A DNA stretch of 61,866 nucleotides from a virus: the IMG/VR virus record IMGVR_UViG_3300050120_000077, positions 1 to 61,866 of that record. One strand, written 5' to 3'. Positions 25,915 to 35,160 of the stretch are shown here, piece by piece. The notes beneath the pieces are model-generated. The model did not search any database and had not been told where the DNA came from. It was given only the letters and a program-made list of their open reading frames with translations. Position 1 is the first letter of the stretch, and each line of letters opens with the position of its first letter. The position numbers and the translations under genes are program-made.

Positions 25915-26463
25915 TTAGGCCCTCTGCTTGTCGATGGTGTCTTGTTCGCTGCGGGTCGAGCGCGGAAAAATCATCAACCGCTTATTGCTGCCGCGTTTCT
26001 CGCGGATCGGACCCTGCTCGATGAACTCGATTCCGGCCGCGTCCGCGATGCTATCGGCCTCCGCGATCAGCATCCGGTTGACGACGCCGTTCCGAAACTG
26101 CGGCAACACAAAATGCCAGCGGTCCACCATGAAAGAGGTCTTTGGCGCGTACCACCACGGCACATGAATAAGGCCGAGCGTACCGATCAATCGGCCGGCG
26201 CATTCCGCCATGATCGCGATCTCGAACTTGGTCACGCGGATGATCTCAAGCAGGCTATCGATCGGATCGACTGGCGCGCGCATTTGCGGCTGCGCCACGA
26301 TCAGCAAGAACTGATGGATCGCGCACACGTCCTCGTCGGTCTTGGCGTAGCGGATGGTGATCTTTTCCGCGTCAGTTTGTTCGGTTTGCTCCACCAGCTT
26401 TAAGGTCGGCGAGGAGGGTGGCGACGACGGCGACGACGTTGGCGAGGGTGGGACTTGTGACAT
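25915..26463 (-). CDS. GNAT-like acetyltransferase candidate (182 aa from ATG 26463; GTG 26394 is an alternative start)
   Basis: IGTLGLIHV...VLPQFRNGVVNRMLIAEADSIA resembles the GNAT acetyl-CoA loop. The 5' end overlaps 26372..26623 out of frame. Confidence 0.35.
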   Translation of the reverse strand: MSQVPPSPTSSPSSPPSSPTLKLVEQTEQTDAEKITIRYAKTDEDVCAIHQFLLIVAQPQMRAPVDPIDSLLEIIRVTKFEIAIMAECAGRLIGTLGLIHVPWWYAPKTSFMVDRWHFVLPQFRNGVVNRMLIAEADSIADAAGIEFIEQGPIREKRGSNKRLMIFPRSTRSEQDTIDKQRA

Positions 26464-26623
26464 TGAGTATCCTTGTGGGAGTTGGGGCTGCGCCGATCAG
26501 CGTGTAACCGCCGCCGATATCGGTGATGTCGCCCGATTGACTGGCTTCGACGATCTGATTGAACATGGCTTGGAGGGTCGGCTCGATGCCGGGCGGCATC
26601 GGCTGCTTGTAGAGTTTCCTCAA
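26372..26623 (-). CDS. hypothetical protein (83 aa)
   Basis: ATGA-type coupling with 26620..28410. No motif recognised. Confidence 0.5.
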   Translation of the reverse strand: MRKLYKQPMPPGIEPTLQAMFNQIVEASQSGDITDIGGGYTLIGAAPTPTRILNVTSPTLANVVAVVATLLADLKAGGANRTN

Positions 26624-28410
26624 CTGCGGTCTCCCATGGTTTTCACAAAGGCGATCGGGAGCCCGAGGCGGACATACGAGCCGAGCGAACTGGCGCCCAT
26701 CATCCAGCCGATGTATCGGCCACCGATCCGCATATCGACGGTGCCGCTGTCGATGGCGGTAATGATCTCGGTCTCGCTCTCAAGAGCGGCGGAATCGTTG
26801 AGGCGATCCCATGCGGTCATGGTGCTGGTGATGTCGCCGACCTGATCGAAGAAGTCGGGCACGATATATTCAACGTCGTAGTTGTACTTTCCGCCCTTGC
26901 TCAAGGCGTAAGGCGCAAGCGTCATCGAATACGGAAGCACCTCACCGTCAGCGTCATTGGTGTTCTCGTGCCGATAGATCAGGTCCGTAACGGCGTCGCC
27001 CATGAATGGCGTGGTGTCGCCCTGGGTGAAGTGAGAACCGCCACAACGGCCCCAATAAAGAGGAGCCCAGCATTGTTGCGAAATCGAATAGATCACGCCA
27101 AGCGTCGGGTTGGTCTGCCCTTGGATGGTGACGAAGAACCAGACTTCGTTGAACTTCGGGTTATAGATCGCGATACAGGTGTACCCGAAACTGATGTCGA
27201 TCTGATCGAACAGCCACTTGCGGATGTCCTCGACATTCATCATCGGCGTAACGGTGCCGTTATACGTCCAGAATGTATCTTGGCCTTGCCAGTAGGCGAT
27301 GCCGCCAACGGTCACAGCCGCATTCGGACCGATCAAACCGCAGTCTTTGGCGATCATGCTGGAATTGTAGACGAAGGTCGCGCCGGTATATTGGAACAGG
27401 TAAACCGCCGCATCCGTCCACACCAAGCTCACGAAATCTGCGAGCACGCGGCCCGCCACAAGCTTGGTGCCTTCTGTCAACGTGCGGATGTTCGCGGTGT
27501 TGCTGACGCTCGGCGTCCAGTCGGAGAGCGTGCCTTGCGATGGCCACGCGACCTGCATTCCGGCGAGGAGCGCGAATGGAAACCGTTCTGGTGTAACAAA
27601 CAGAGCGCGACAATTGGTTGGAGCTGAGGCGTCTACAATCGTGGCCCGTCCCCACGGCTGCACCTCGGTCGGATCGAATGAATAGACGCCGCCACCATTA
27701 TAGGTCGCAACCAGCAATTGGCCGAAGTGATCGAGAGACCAGACGCGGGGTTCTATCAATATCGTCGATGATGATCGCGCTGTGCCGTAAGTCCCGAGAC
27801 CGTACCCGCCGACACCGTAGCCATATCCGAAGGTGCCAATTTCGACGCCGGCTGGGATTTCATATTGGAACGTGACCGCACTTCCGCCGCCGGTCGCTCC
27901 GGATGTGGCCGGCGAGGTGAAAGCAAAAATATAATGGTTGGCATCGGTCACGGCCAACACGGTAAATGTGCCGTTCGGTGTGATGCCGCCAACTGCGGTC
28001 GATCCCGCAAGGTGAATGATATCGGTCGGGTTGAGGCCGTGCGAGGTCTGCGCTACCGAGACGTTTGGTGATCCGGTCGTAGTCGTGAATGGATCGGTGC
28101 CGAGCGTGCCTGATGAAGCCAGCGGCGTGATGTCATTCTGCACCAAGCTCGTGTCGTAGACATAGAGCTTGATGTAGGTTCCGGCCGCCAGATATTGATT
28201 GAAGTCGTTATCCCGCCAAGCGTGCAGGGTGCGCGGCGTCCCAAATGTCGCGGTGACAAAGCCTTTTATCCAGCCGCCGATCTTCTGTGGAAGGCGCTGG
28301 ACGAAGCGCATGTTGATGATCTCGGTCCACCGTCCCTCAATCACGCGCTCGCTGTCGGTCTTGACGACGCCGGGCGGCGGCGCAATCGGGACTTCATTCA
28401 GCTCAGACAT
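26620..28410 (-). CDS. tail structural protein (596 aa)
   Basis: Large ORF in the tail module. The N-terminus RWTEIINMRFVQRLPQKIGGW resembles N-termini of podophage tail proteins I recall. Unverified. Confidence 0.6.
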   Translation of the reverse strand: MSELNEVPIAPPPGVVKTDSERVIEGRWTEIINMRFVQRLPQKIGGWIKGFVTATFGTPRTLHAWRDNDFNQYLAAGTYIKLYVYDTSLVQNDITPLASSGTLGTDPFTTTTGSPNVSVAQTSHGLNPTDIIHLAGSTAVGGITPNGTFTVLAVTDANHYIFAFTSPATSGATGGGSAVTFQYEIPAGVEIGTFGYGYGVGGYGLGTYGTARSSSTILIEPRVWSLDHFGQLLVATYNGGGVYSFDPTEVQPWGRATIVDASAPTNCRALFVTPERFPFALLAGMQVAWPSQGTLSDWTPSVSNTANIRTLTEGTKLVAGRVLADFVSLVWTDAAVYLFQYTGATFVYNSSMIAKDCGLIGPNAAVTVGGIAYWQGQDTFWTYNGTVTPMMNVEDIRKWLFDQIDISFGYTCIAIYNPKFNEVWFFVTIQGQTNPTLGVIYSISQQCWAPLYWGRCGGSHFTQGDTTPFMGDAVTDLIYRHENTNDADGEVLPYSMTLAPYALSKGGKYNYDVEYIVPDFFDQVGDITSTMTAWDRLNDSAALESETEIITAIDSGTVDMRIGGRYIGWMMGASSLGSYVRLGLPIAFVKTMGDRS

Positions 28411-28428
28411 GGATGCTTTCGAGGGTCA

Positions 28429-28467
28429 CTGCGCCGCTGCTCGACATAGTGGCAAGCAGCGGCGCAG
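28429..28467 (-). promoter_or_regulatory. 13-bp perfect GC-rich stem-loop without U-tract
   Basis: CTGCGCCGCTGCT (28429-28441) pairs with AGCAGCGGCGCAG (28455-28467), leaving a 13-nt loop. It lies between the fibre gene and the next tail gene. Confidence 0.5.
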
Positions 28468-28505
28468 ATCGCCGCGGCGGGTTGGACGCCGTCGCGGTTG
28501 GCATA

Positions 28506-29888
28506 TCAGCGCTTGATCAGAACGTTGCGGACGCGAGTGGGCTGGACGTTGTTGTGCGCACCTCCGGTACCGGCACTCGCGTTGTTGATCGTGATGCCCG
28601 TGGTGGCGGGCGAGGCGGTGCCAAAGGAAGATGTTAATGAACCACTCCCCCATGAACCAGCCGCAGCGGGATTGCCTTGGTCTCTTGCGTTGGTCTGATG
28701 GCCGTGCCCCGGATCGGTCAGCGAATTCGCGTGCACATGCGCTGGGATTTGGGACGTCGTTAGTGTGACATTCTGCGCCCCGGAATTTTGCGTGTTGAGC
28801 TGCAGGCCGTTGACGCCAGATCCGGCCGTCGTCAGATTTGTAAGCGCCGTGCCGCCCATGTTGGTGCGGCCCGCAGCTACGGTGCCGCGCGCATCCGGAA
28901 GCGTGAAGGTAGTCGAGCCGTCGCCATTCCCAAATGGGAAGGCGGTCACCAGCCCGCCGGCCGCAGTGTTGGTTGCCGAAATCGACATCGTGATTTGCGA
29001 CGCGCTGTCCACCGAAACGATGGCGGCTCCCGTCGCCATGCCAATGCCTTCGAGGACCGACCCTTCAAGGCCAAGATTACGCAAATCGTGGGTGACGTTA
29101 GTCAATGTCACGGTGCCGTGGGTGTCGGCATTGAAGCCTGCGGTGATCGCCGCCATCAGGTTGGCGTCGGTGGACCGCGCAACGGTCTGTCCGAACTCAA
29201 AATACCAGCCTGTCGGGGCGATGATCGCAGCGCTGTTGACTTCGGTTCCCGGCGGCACAATCGGAACGTTGCCGGCAGTGATCGAAAGCCCGGTCGCGAT
29301 ATTGACGCCCGTCGCGGAGAACGTCGCAATATCGACACCGCCGATGGTCAACGCGGCCACTCCGGCGGATACCCAACGCAATCCGGTCGAGGGCTCGGCC
29401 GCGAACGAAACCCCAGGCAGCGCGATAGTCCCGCTGGCGCCGAGCCACTGCACATCGCGCAGCGATGTCGAGAGGCCGACGAATATGTTGTTCGCGCCAT
29501 CGCAATAAACCAGCGCGGTACCGCCTTGAGGGATCACGGCCCCAGCAGTGCCACTCGTGGTCTTGAATTTCAGCGCAAACGCGCCAGTGCAATCGTTGGC
29601 GACGAGCCATAGTTTCGAGACGTCTGGCACCGTAACGGTCTGATCTGACGCGAGCGTTCCGGCGAGTACCACAACGGCCTGCGGCAGCGGATGTGGCCCG
29701 GCCGGCGGGACCACTTCATCCATCGCCAGATTGCCACCGGTCAGAGCATCGTTGGAATAGACGCCAGCGATCGAGGTGTCGAGCAGTTGCAGCGCGCCCT
29801 CATTGAGGTTGAGACCCCAAGCATTGTTGTTGTTGCCGGTGCCTTGAAGAATGGCACCGAGGCTGGTGGAAAAGGTATCGGCGGCCAT
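28506..29888 (-). CDS. tail fibre with C-terminal phage tail-collar domain (460 aa)
   Basis: GDGSTTFTLPDARGTVAAGRTNMGG and GGAHNNVQPTRVRNVLIKR. Confidence 0.75.
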   Translation of the reverse strand: MAADTFSTSLGAILQGTGNNNNAWGLNLNEGALQLLDTSIAGVYSNDALTGGNLAMDEVVPPAGPHPLPQAVVVLAGTLASDQTVTVPDVSKLWLVANDCTGAFALKFKTTSGTAGAVIPQGGTALVYCDGANNIFVGLSTSLRDVQWLGASGTIALPGVSFAAEPSTGLRWVSAGVAALTIGGVDIATFSATGVNIATGLSITAGNVPIVPPGTEVNSAAIIAPTGWYFEFGQTVARSTDANLMAAITAGFNADTHGTVTLTNVTHDLRNLGLEGSVLEGIGMATGAAIVSVDSASQITMSISATNTAAGGLVTAFPFGNGDGSTTFTLPDARGTVAAGRTNMGGTALTNLTTAGSGVNGLQLNTQNSGAQNVTLTTSQIPAHVHANSLTDPGHGHQTNARDQGNPAAAGSWGSGSLTSSFGTASPATTGITINNASAGTGGAHNNVQPTRVRNVLIKR

Positions 29889-30796
29889 TAGTAGTGTCCC
29901 CCTGGCGTCTCGGTGTAGAGATCAGCGCCGCGATACCCGAGATCGGATTCCGCCTGGATGCTCTGGATCATTTGCTGCATCGCTGTGACGTGCTTGGTGT
30001 ACTCGTTGTCGTCTTTCATGAAGGCGGCAGCGGAGGCCATGCCCGCGACTCGAACGAGTTGCGGATAGCGAGTGGTGAGGAAATTGGTCGGATTTCTCAC
30101 TGAGAGCAGCGGCGGCGACTTGTAGATCATCAACCGAAATTGCGTCGCGGTACCGAACGCGCCGTCAAATTGCAGGTGCTCGTCCCACACTGCCCATTGC
30201 AGCGGTTGACCCGAGATCAGGTTGTTGGCCGTGTAGGTGGCCGCCGATCCGCCGCCGGTGATGCCGCCGGCTGTGGCTTCCCCATCGGTCACGGTAAACT
30301 GGAACGTGTCGGCGTCGATAACGTTCGTCACCAGAGACGTGCCGTTGATCGTCACGCCATCGACGTCTGCGGCCCCTGCAATTGTGATATCGGAGCTTTG
30401 GTTGAGGCCATGGTTCACCTCAATGGCGGTGATGATGCCGGAGCCTTGCGCGCCGGTGGTGAATGGATCGGTTCCGAACGATCCGGATATCGAATCGTCG
30501 AACGTGCGCCCGTCAGTGACGGTCGATTCCGTACGCTGATAGTATCGATTGCCGAGATTGTCCCTCAGATCCCCGATGGGATCGAGGTAGCGGGCGGGCA
30601 GGGCGATCTTGGCGTTGCCAACCGGGAGCCCGAATACCCACTGGAAGCGCATCTCGCGCACCCGCAGCATCGAGTAAATCAGGGATTGCAGCTCGTCTAC
30701 GACGGAGCCGACGTCAACTTTTGAATACCCGACCCAATTCAAAAGTGAGCCCGCCGTCCCTTTCGGGGCGACGAGCGTGGTGTAGTTCATTGCCAT
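29888..30796 (-). CDS. tail/adaptor structural protein (302 aa)
   Basis: ATG 30796 (or 30790) lies just after the upstream stop at 30807. Position in the tail module. No motif recognised. Confidence 0.6.
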   Translation of the reverse strand: MAMNYTTLVAPKGTAGSLLNWVGYSKVDVGSVVDELQSLIYSMLRVREMRFQWVFGLPVGNAKIALPARYLDPIGDLRDNLGNRYYQRTESTVTDGRTFDDSISGSFGTDPFTTGAQGSGIITAIEVNHGLNQSSDITIAGAADVDGVTINGTSLVTNVIDADTFQFTVTDGEATAGGITGGGSAATYTANNLISGQPLQWAVWDEHLQFDGAFGTATQFRLMIYKSPPLLSVRNPTNFLTTRYPQLVRVAGMASAAAFMKDDNEYTKHVTAMQQMIQSIQAESDLGYRGADLYTETPGGHY

Positions 30797-30806
30797 GATG
30801 GTGCGG

Positions 30807-31316
30807 TTAGGCCGCGACGCCGATAAGCTGCTTGAACGGAAGCGCAAGCTGATCTTCCGGAACCACCTTCTCGTCGAGCGCGAGAAGCTCGATGGCGCCC
30901 TTTTGATCTTTCACGACTTGGCCGAACCGCTTTTTGATCGCAGCCCGAACCTCGCCAAAGATGTACTGCGCTTCGCCGCGCGCCCAGGCTTCGAGGTTCA
31001 CATCATCGCCTTGACCGGCGCCGCCTTTGGCGCCGGCCTTAGCGAGTTCTTCGTCGAGCGCTTCCGCGTCCGCATCGGCTGGCAGGGCCTGACCTTCCAA
31101 CTTCCTCAATCGCCGTTCGGCTAGCGCGCGGATCTTGCCGTCCGGATCGCTGGAATCATCCAGAAATCCGTCGAGGTAAAAGCCTTGCGCGTCGAACGGG
31201 AGCCCATCTTGATAGAAATGCACGCGCGCATGACGATCGTCAGGCGTGCGTTCACCGTGGATGGTCGAAAAATCTTTCGACCGATCCATTCGCAGACGTG
31301 TGGCACTCAACGTCAT
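30807..31316 (-). CDS. hypothetical virion-module protein (169 aa)
   Basis: ORF with good third-position GC in the structural block. Confidence 0.6.
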   Translation of the reverse strand: MTLSATRLRMDRSKDFSTIHGERTPDDRHARVHFYQDGLPFDAQGFYLDGFLDDSSDPDGKIRALAERRLRKLEGQALPADADAEALDEELAKAGAKGGAGQGDDVNLEAWARGEAQYIFGEVRAAIKKRFGQVVKDQKGAIELLALDEKVVPEDQLALPFKQLIGVAA

Positions 31317-31319
31317 AGC

Positions 31320-31592
31320 TTAGCTCCTCCGCTGATGCTTGACGGAGCCCGCCGCACCGGGGCCATCCTGCACGGCGCTCGTGCCGGTCAGGGAATGGCT
31401 CAGATTGGTGGGGCTGCCGCGGAACGAGCCGCCCTTGGTGTCAGGCAGGCTGACACCATGAACGTTGTCCTGCGGGTAGGCAGACTTGATGCTCTGCCCG
31501 TCGCCGATGCTTTTGGTGACGATGCCCGCGGACGCACCATCACCCAGCGGGTTTTTGGTGAAGACGGAATCAGACTTGCTACCGCTAGCCAT
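31320..31592 (-). CDS. hypothetical virion-module protein (90 aa)
   Basis: ORF in the structural block, closely spaced with its neighbours. Confidence 0.55.
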   Translation of the reverse strand: MASGSKSDSVFTKNPLGDGASAGIVTKSIGDGQSIKSAYPQDNVHGVSLPDTKGGSFRGSPTNLSHSLTGTSAVQDGPGAAGSVKHQRRS

Positions 31593-31595
31593 GAC

Positions 31596-31820
31596 TTATT
31601 GCTCCTGATCTTGGTTGGGACCCCAATAGTCAGGGGTGCCACCGGTGGGTGGACGCTCGCCGGTGATCCGGTTCGCGCGCGAGAGAACCGAGTAACCATC
31701 GAGCCCGGCGTCTCCGCAGTCCGCCCGCTTTGCATTGGGCGGCAGAGGATTCGCTGGCTTGAGGTCAACCGGCTGGTTGCGTTTGGCTTCCCCGAAGGGA
31801 AACCCCATGAAGAAAGCCAT
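31596..31820 (-). CDS. hypothetical protein (74 aa)
   Basis: First ORF after the capsid-unit terminator. Confidence 0.5.
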   Translation of the reverse strand: MAFFMGFPFGEAKRNQPVDLKPANPLPPNAKRADCGDAGLDGYSVLSRANRITGERPPTGGTPDYWGPNQDQEQ

Positions 31821-31848
31821 CGGCTTTGCCTCTTGGTTCGAGAACGAA

Positions 31849-31874
31849 AATGCCCGGCGTCTAAGCCGGGCATT
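31849..31874 (-). terminator. rho-independent terminator after the capsid unit
   Basis: AATGCCCGGC / GCCGGGCATT 10-bp stem with a 6-nt loop. On the minus strand it is followed by TTTTCGTTCTC. Confidence 0.7.
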
Positions 31875-31895
31875 GGTGGTCTTGTGGTGCTGCGA

Positions 31896-32357
31896 TCAGA
31901 ACCAGTCGATCGAGACTTCGTAGCGCCCGGTACCGTCGGGAGTGCCGCCAACGCCAGCCTTGCCGGTGATGAAAAACGGCGTGTCGGCGGGAAGCCGAAC
32001 CGTCTCCAACTGGATGTGACCGGCATAGTCGTTGAGCGCGCGCGGTACGCCGCCGGTGTTGCCGGGAGCCGAGGCGACCAGCGAAGCGGCGTTGTACGGC
32101 GTGCCTGCGGCGGTGTTGCCAGCGATCGCCGTGCTCCCGAGACGGAAGCGCGCATAGGTGGCGTCACCCGATGCGGTACCGACGTCGATTTCGGGAACGG
32201 TGGTGGTGCCCACCATGTCGGCCGAAATCTCGGCCTCGATGTTGCGCACGTAGCCCACCTTGCCGGGCGGACCCTTGAAGGCCGTGGCTACCGTCGTCGC
32301 GCCAAAGGCGGACGACGCCATCTCGTAGACACGTTTTTCCGGAGTGTCGTAGCTCAT
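31896..32357 (-). CDS. capsid-associated protein (153 aa), possible decoration protein
   Basis: Immediately downstream of the major capsid gene and inside the same terminator-bracketed unit. Function inferred from position only. Confidence 0.5.
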   Translation of the reverse strand: MSYDTPEKRVYEMASSAFGATTVATAFKGPPGKVGYVRNIEAEISADMVGTTTVPEIDVGTASGDATYARFRLGSTAIAGNTAAGTPYNAASLVASAPGNTGGVPRALNDYAGHIQLETVRLPADTPFFITGKAGVGGTPDGTGRYEVSIDWF

Positions 32358-32386
32358 GTTTGCTGCTCTCTTTCTGCGCCTGACGA

Positions 32387-33379
32387 TCAGGTCGCGCTAT
32401 CCCACTTGGCGACACGCGCGTTCAGCGCATCGGGGTGGACCAGACCGAAACCGCCGAGGTAGTACCAAGCCATGCCGCGCGAACGACCGTAGTCGCCGGG
32501 CAGCTTGGCGCGGATTTCCTCGGGCACGCACACCGCTTCCGTCACGGTGTCACCGCCCATCATGAACGCCCACGATGAGAGTGCATTGGTCCAAGGAGAG
32601 GCGGTGCCGCTCCACGGATCGTAGGTGGTGGAGTTCGCCGCGCCGCCCTTGGGGATTGCGGTCTGCTCGATGAACCGGAACGACTCGTAGCGTCCGATTT
32701 CACCGTTGAAGATGTGCGCCAGACCGGTCTCGGTGTACTGGTGCAGGGTCTCCAGGGTGTTCTTGAACCCGCGAAACGTGGTCGGGTGCGAGATCGAAAC
32801 GTAGTCGTCCATGATGTAGGGCGGGATATTCCGCTCCTTCATCGCGTCGCCGATCGCCTTGACGTGTCCGGTGCCGAACGCGAGGTTGTTGGTGACGGAC
32901 GCAACACCATTAACGTCGAGGTTGATTGCAGTCGCCGACGCACCACCGGCCGGCTCGAACCGGAGTGGCGTGTTGTTGAACTGCAAGAACGCTTCGATGT
33001 CGAAGTATTTGCGCGCGTCGTCCTTCAACGTCTTGTCGATGATATCGACAAGCTTTTGCTTCGCGAGGTCCGTCAGCTTGCCGGTGTAGGGCACGGAGTT
33101 ACCCGCTTCGAACACAGTCAACTGATGCTGCTGGACCGTGAAGCCAGTCTCAGGCATCGACTTGGTTTCGTCGAGGCGACGGCCCTGAGTGCCCACATTG
33201 CTGTAGACGTCCCAATTGTACTTGTCGCCGCGATTGAGCCCCTTTTCCGAACCGTCCTGCGCGTCGCAGAGCTGGCGGAATTTGGTGAGTGGCTGGACTT
33301 GCTGCCGCAGCGTATCCGACAATTCGTCGGAATACATGTAGCCGCCTTCTGCCGCCACAGACCAGATTTGACCGACCAT
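32387..33379 (-). CDS. major capsid protein (330 aa)
   Basis: SD GAAGGAG. The N-terminus GGYMYSDELSDTLRQQVQPLTKFRQLCD resembles HK97-fold capsid families I recall. It is preceded by a scaffold-like gene and bracketed by hairpin terminators. Confidence 0.75.
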   Translation of the reverse strand: MVGQIWSVAAEGGYMYSDELSDTLRQQVQPLTKFRQLCDAQDGSEKGLNRGDKYNWDVYSNVGTQGRRLDETKSMPETGFTVQQHQLTVFEAGNSVPYTGKLTDLAKQKLVDIIDKTLKDDARKYFDIEAFLQFNNTPLRFEPAGGASATAINLDVNGVASVTNNLAFGTGHVKAIGDAMKERNIPPYIMDDYVSISHPTTFRGFKNTLETLHQYTETGLAHIFNGEIGRYESFRFIEQTAIPKGGAANSTTYDPWSGTASPWTNALSSWAFMMGGDTVTEAVCVPEEIRAKLPGDYGRSRGMAWYYLGGFGLVHPDALNARVAKWDSAT

Positions 33380-33406
33380 GGTGTAGTTCTCCTTCTTTCA
33401 ACGAAA

Positions 33407-33428
33407 AGGCCGCCTCGAAGGGCGGCCT
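33407..33428 (-). terminator. hairpin terminator/attenuator between scaffold and capsid genes
   Basis: AGGCCGCC / GGCGGCCT stem. On the minus strand it is followed by TTTCGTTG, then the capsid SD. Confidence 0.55.
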
Positions 33429-33457
33429 GTTTTCGATCTGATGATGATGTTCGGCTG

Positions 33458-34759
33458 TTAGCCGACCACCTGTCCGCGCTGCTTCCGCATGTTCATGACG
33501 ACGTCCGACCGGCTCCGTGTAGTGGGGGCCTGCCGAGTGGCATCAGGACGTGGCGCAACAGCGCGAGTGGGTTGGCTTTGGATGTTTTCACGGCGAGCGG
33601 TGCGATCGACGTCCACTTCAATGCGTGGCCGCTGACGCTGCTGCTGTGCAGGCTGTTTCGGTGTGACACCACGGAACTTGTCGAACCGCGACTTGGCCTC
33701 GCTCAAGGCTTCGGTCGTGTTTCGAACAGGCTTCCCGTTGACGCGATAGAACCGATGCCAGTTGGCGAGTTCGTTGTTGTCTTTCGGGATTAACGTGGGA
33801 TCGACGCCCAGCTTGGTGATGTCCTCGCGGTAGATGCGATACATGTAAGTTTCAAGCATCGCATTCGCGTCTTCATCTTTCGCCAAGTCAGGGTTTTGAC
33901 CCATGAACTCCCTGAGCGCTTTCTGGGAGGCGGTGTGATCGTTATTGATCAGCCGGTCCAGTTGGCGCTTGTCGGCGCTCTCGTCGGATGCCTGGGTAAT
34001 TACCTTGCGGATTTTCGCCGCGGCATCCTTGGGGTCACCGAACTGAATTTCCTCGATCGCCTGCTCAAGCTCGTCGGGGTGTTGACGCTCCTGGCCTCGG
34101 TCGTTGTTCAGTTCGTCGTCTTGCGCTCCTGTTTGGTCCTCGGGGTGTTGAGGGTCCTGGCCGGTACGCCTGGCCGAATTTCGGATATCGCGGGCTTCCG
34201 TCATGAGAGCTTTGCTCTCTTCGAGGTAGGTATCGGCGGCTTCCACCATCGACGCCCGCGCGAGGATTTCAGCATCCGTCAGCCAGACTTCGCGGCCTCG
34301 AATGATGAGCTTCTTCTTCTGCGGCTGCTGTTCTTGCCGCTGCTCGATGATCTCAGGTTCGGCACGGTCGCCGACGATGGTGGCGCCCGGTTCGGGTTCG
34401 GCGTCGTCAGGGCGACCGAACTTGCCGTACTTCATTTCCGGATCGTTCGGATCGCCGTTGTAGGGAACGTCGCCCTCGCCATCGGCGTTGCGGCGGAAGC
34501 GCTTCGCCATTTCGGCCCGCTTGATGTCACCCGGCGAGCGGCGGTCTACCGGCTCCTCCCGCTCTTGGTCCTCGGCGCGGGGGCGCTCGGTGAGCTGCCG
34601 CGCCGGATCGGGATCATTACCGGTGCCGTCGTTGATGCGATCCTGATACGGATCGGAACCGATGTTGTTGCCAGCATCGTCTACGATCTGCTGGCTGCGG
34701 TTGCGGGCTTCGGATTCCTGCTCGATCTGGAAGGGCGTGCGAGTGTCGTTTGGTGCCAT
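33458..34759 (-). CDS. scaffolding protein candidate (433 aa)
   Basis: Highly charged, acidic, helix-prone sequence immediately upstream of the capsid gene. Confidence 0.55.
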   Translation of the reverse strand: MAPNDTRTPFQIEQESEARNRSQQIVDDAGNNIGSDPYQDRINDGTGNDPDPARQLTERPRAEDQEREEPVDRRSPGDIKRAEMAKRFRRNADGEGDVPYNGDPNDPEMKYGKFGRPDDAEPEPGATIVGDRAEPEIIEQRQEQQPQKKKLIIRGREVWLTDAEILARASMVEAADTYLEESKALMTEARDIRNSARRTGQDPQHPEDQTGAQDDELNNDRGQERQHPDELEQAIEEIQFGDPKDAAAKIRKVITQASDESADKRQLDRLINNDHTASQKALREFMGQNPDLAKDEDANAMLETYMYRIYREDITKLGVDPTLIPKDNNELANWHRFYRVNGKPVRNTTEALSEAKSRFDKFRGVTPKQPAQQQRQRPRIEVDVDRTARRENIQSQPTRAVAPRPDATRQAPTTRSRSDVVMNMRKQRGQVVG

Positions 34760-34761
34760 GG

Positions 34762-35148
34762 TCAGATGTCCTGTGCTGTTTCACCGATGGCGCGGCGTTC
34801 ATCCGCTACCTCGGGGTTGTTGAAAATGTCGTCGAGTTCGTCTCGCTCCATCTGATCGAGACGCCGATCAGCTTCCTTGCCGGCGACGATCAGCTTTTGC
34901 GTCCAGTCCACCAGATCGTCGTAGCGGCGGACCTCGTTCTGAAACTCACGCACCTGCTTGGTGTCGTTCGGGTCCACCATCACGAGGCCACGCATCGCGA
35001 TCGCGGCTTGCTCTCGGGCAATAGCCAGAATGACAACCATCGGTTGGAGCTTCGCGTTCTTGTCGAGCTGCACTTCCAGCTCGGCGGATATTTCGACGGC
35101 GCGGTTCAGCGCCAGCCGCTCAATAGCGTCTCTGTTCATGCCCATCAC
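34762..35148 (-). CDS. hypothetical helical protein (128 aa)
   Basis: ORF adjacent to the scaffold gene (3-nt gap). Confidence 0.55.
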   Translation of the reverse strand: MMGMNRDAIERLALNRAVEISAELEVQLDKNAKLQPMVVILAIAREQAAIAMRGLVMVDPNDTKQVREFQNEVRRYDDLVDWTQKLIVAGKEADRRLDQMERDELDDIFNNPEVADERRAIGETAQDI

Positions 35149-35160
35149 TTTCGGTTTGGA

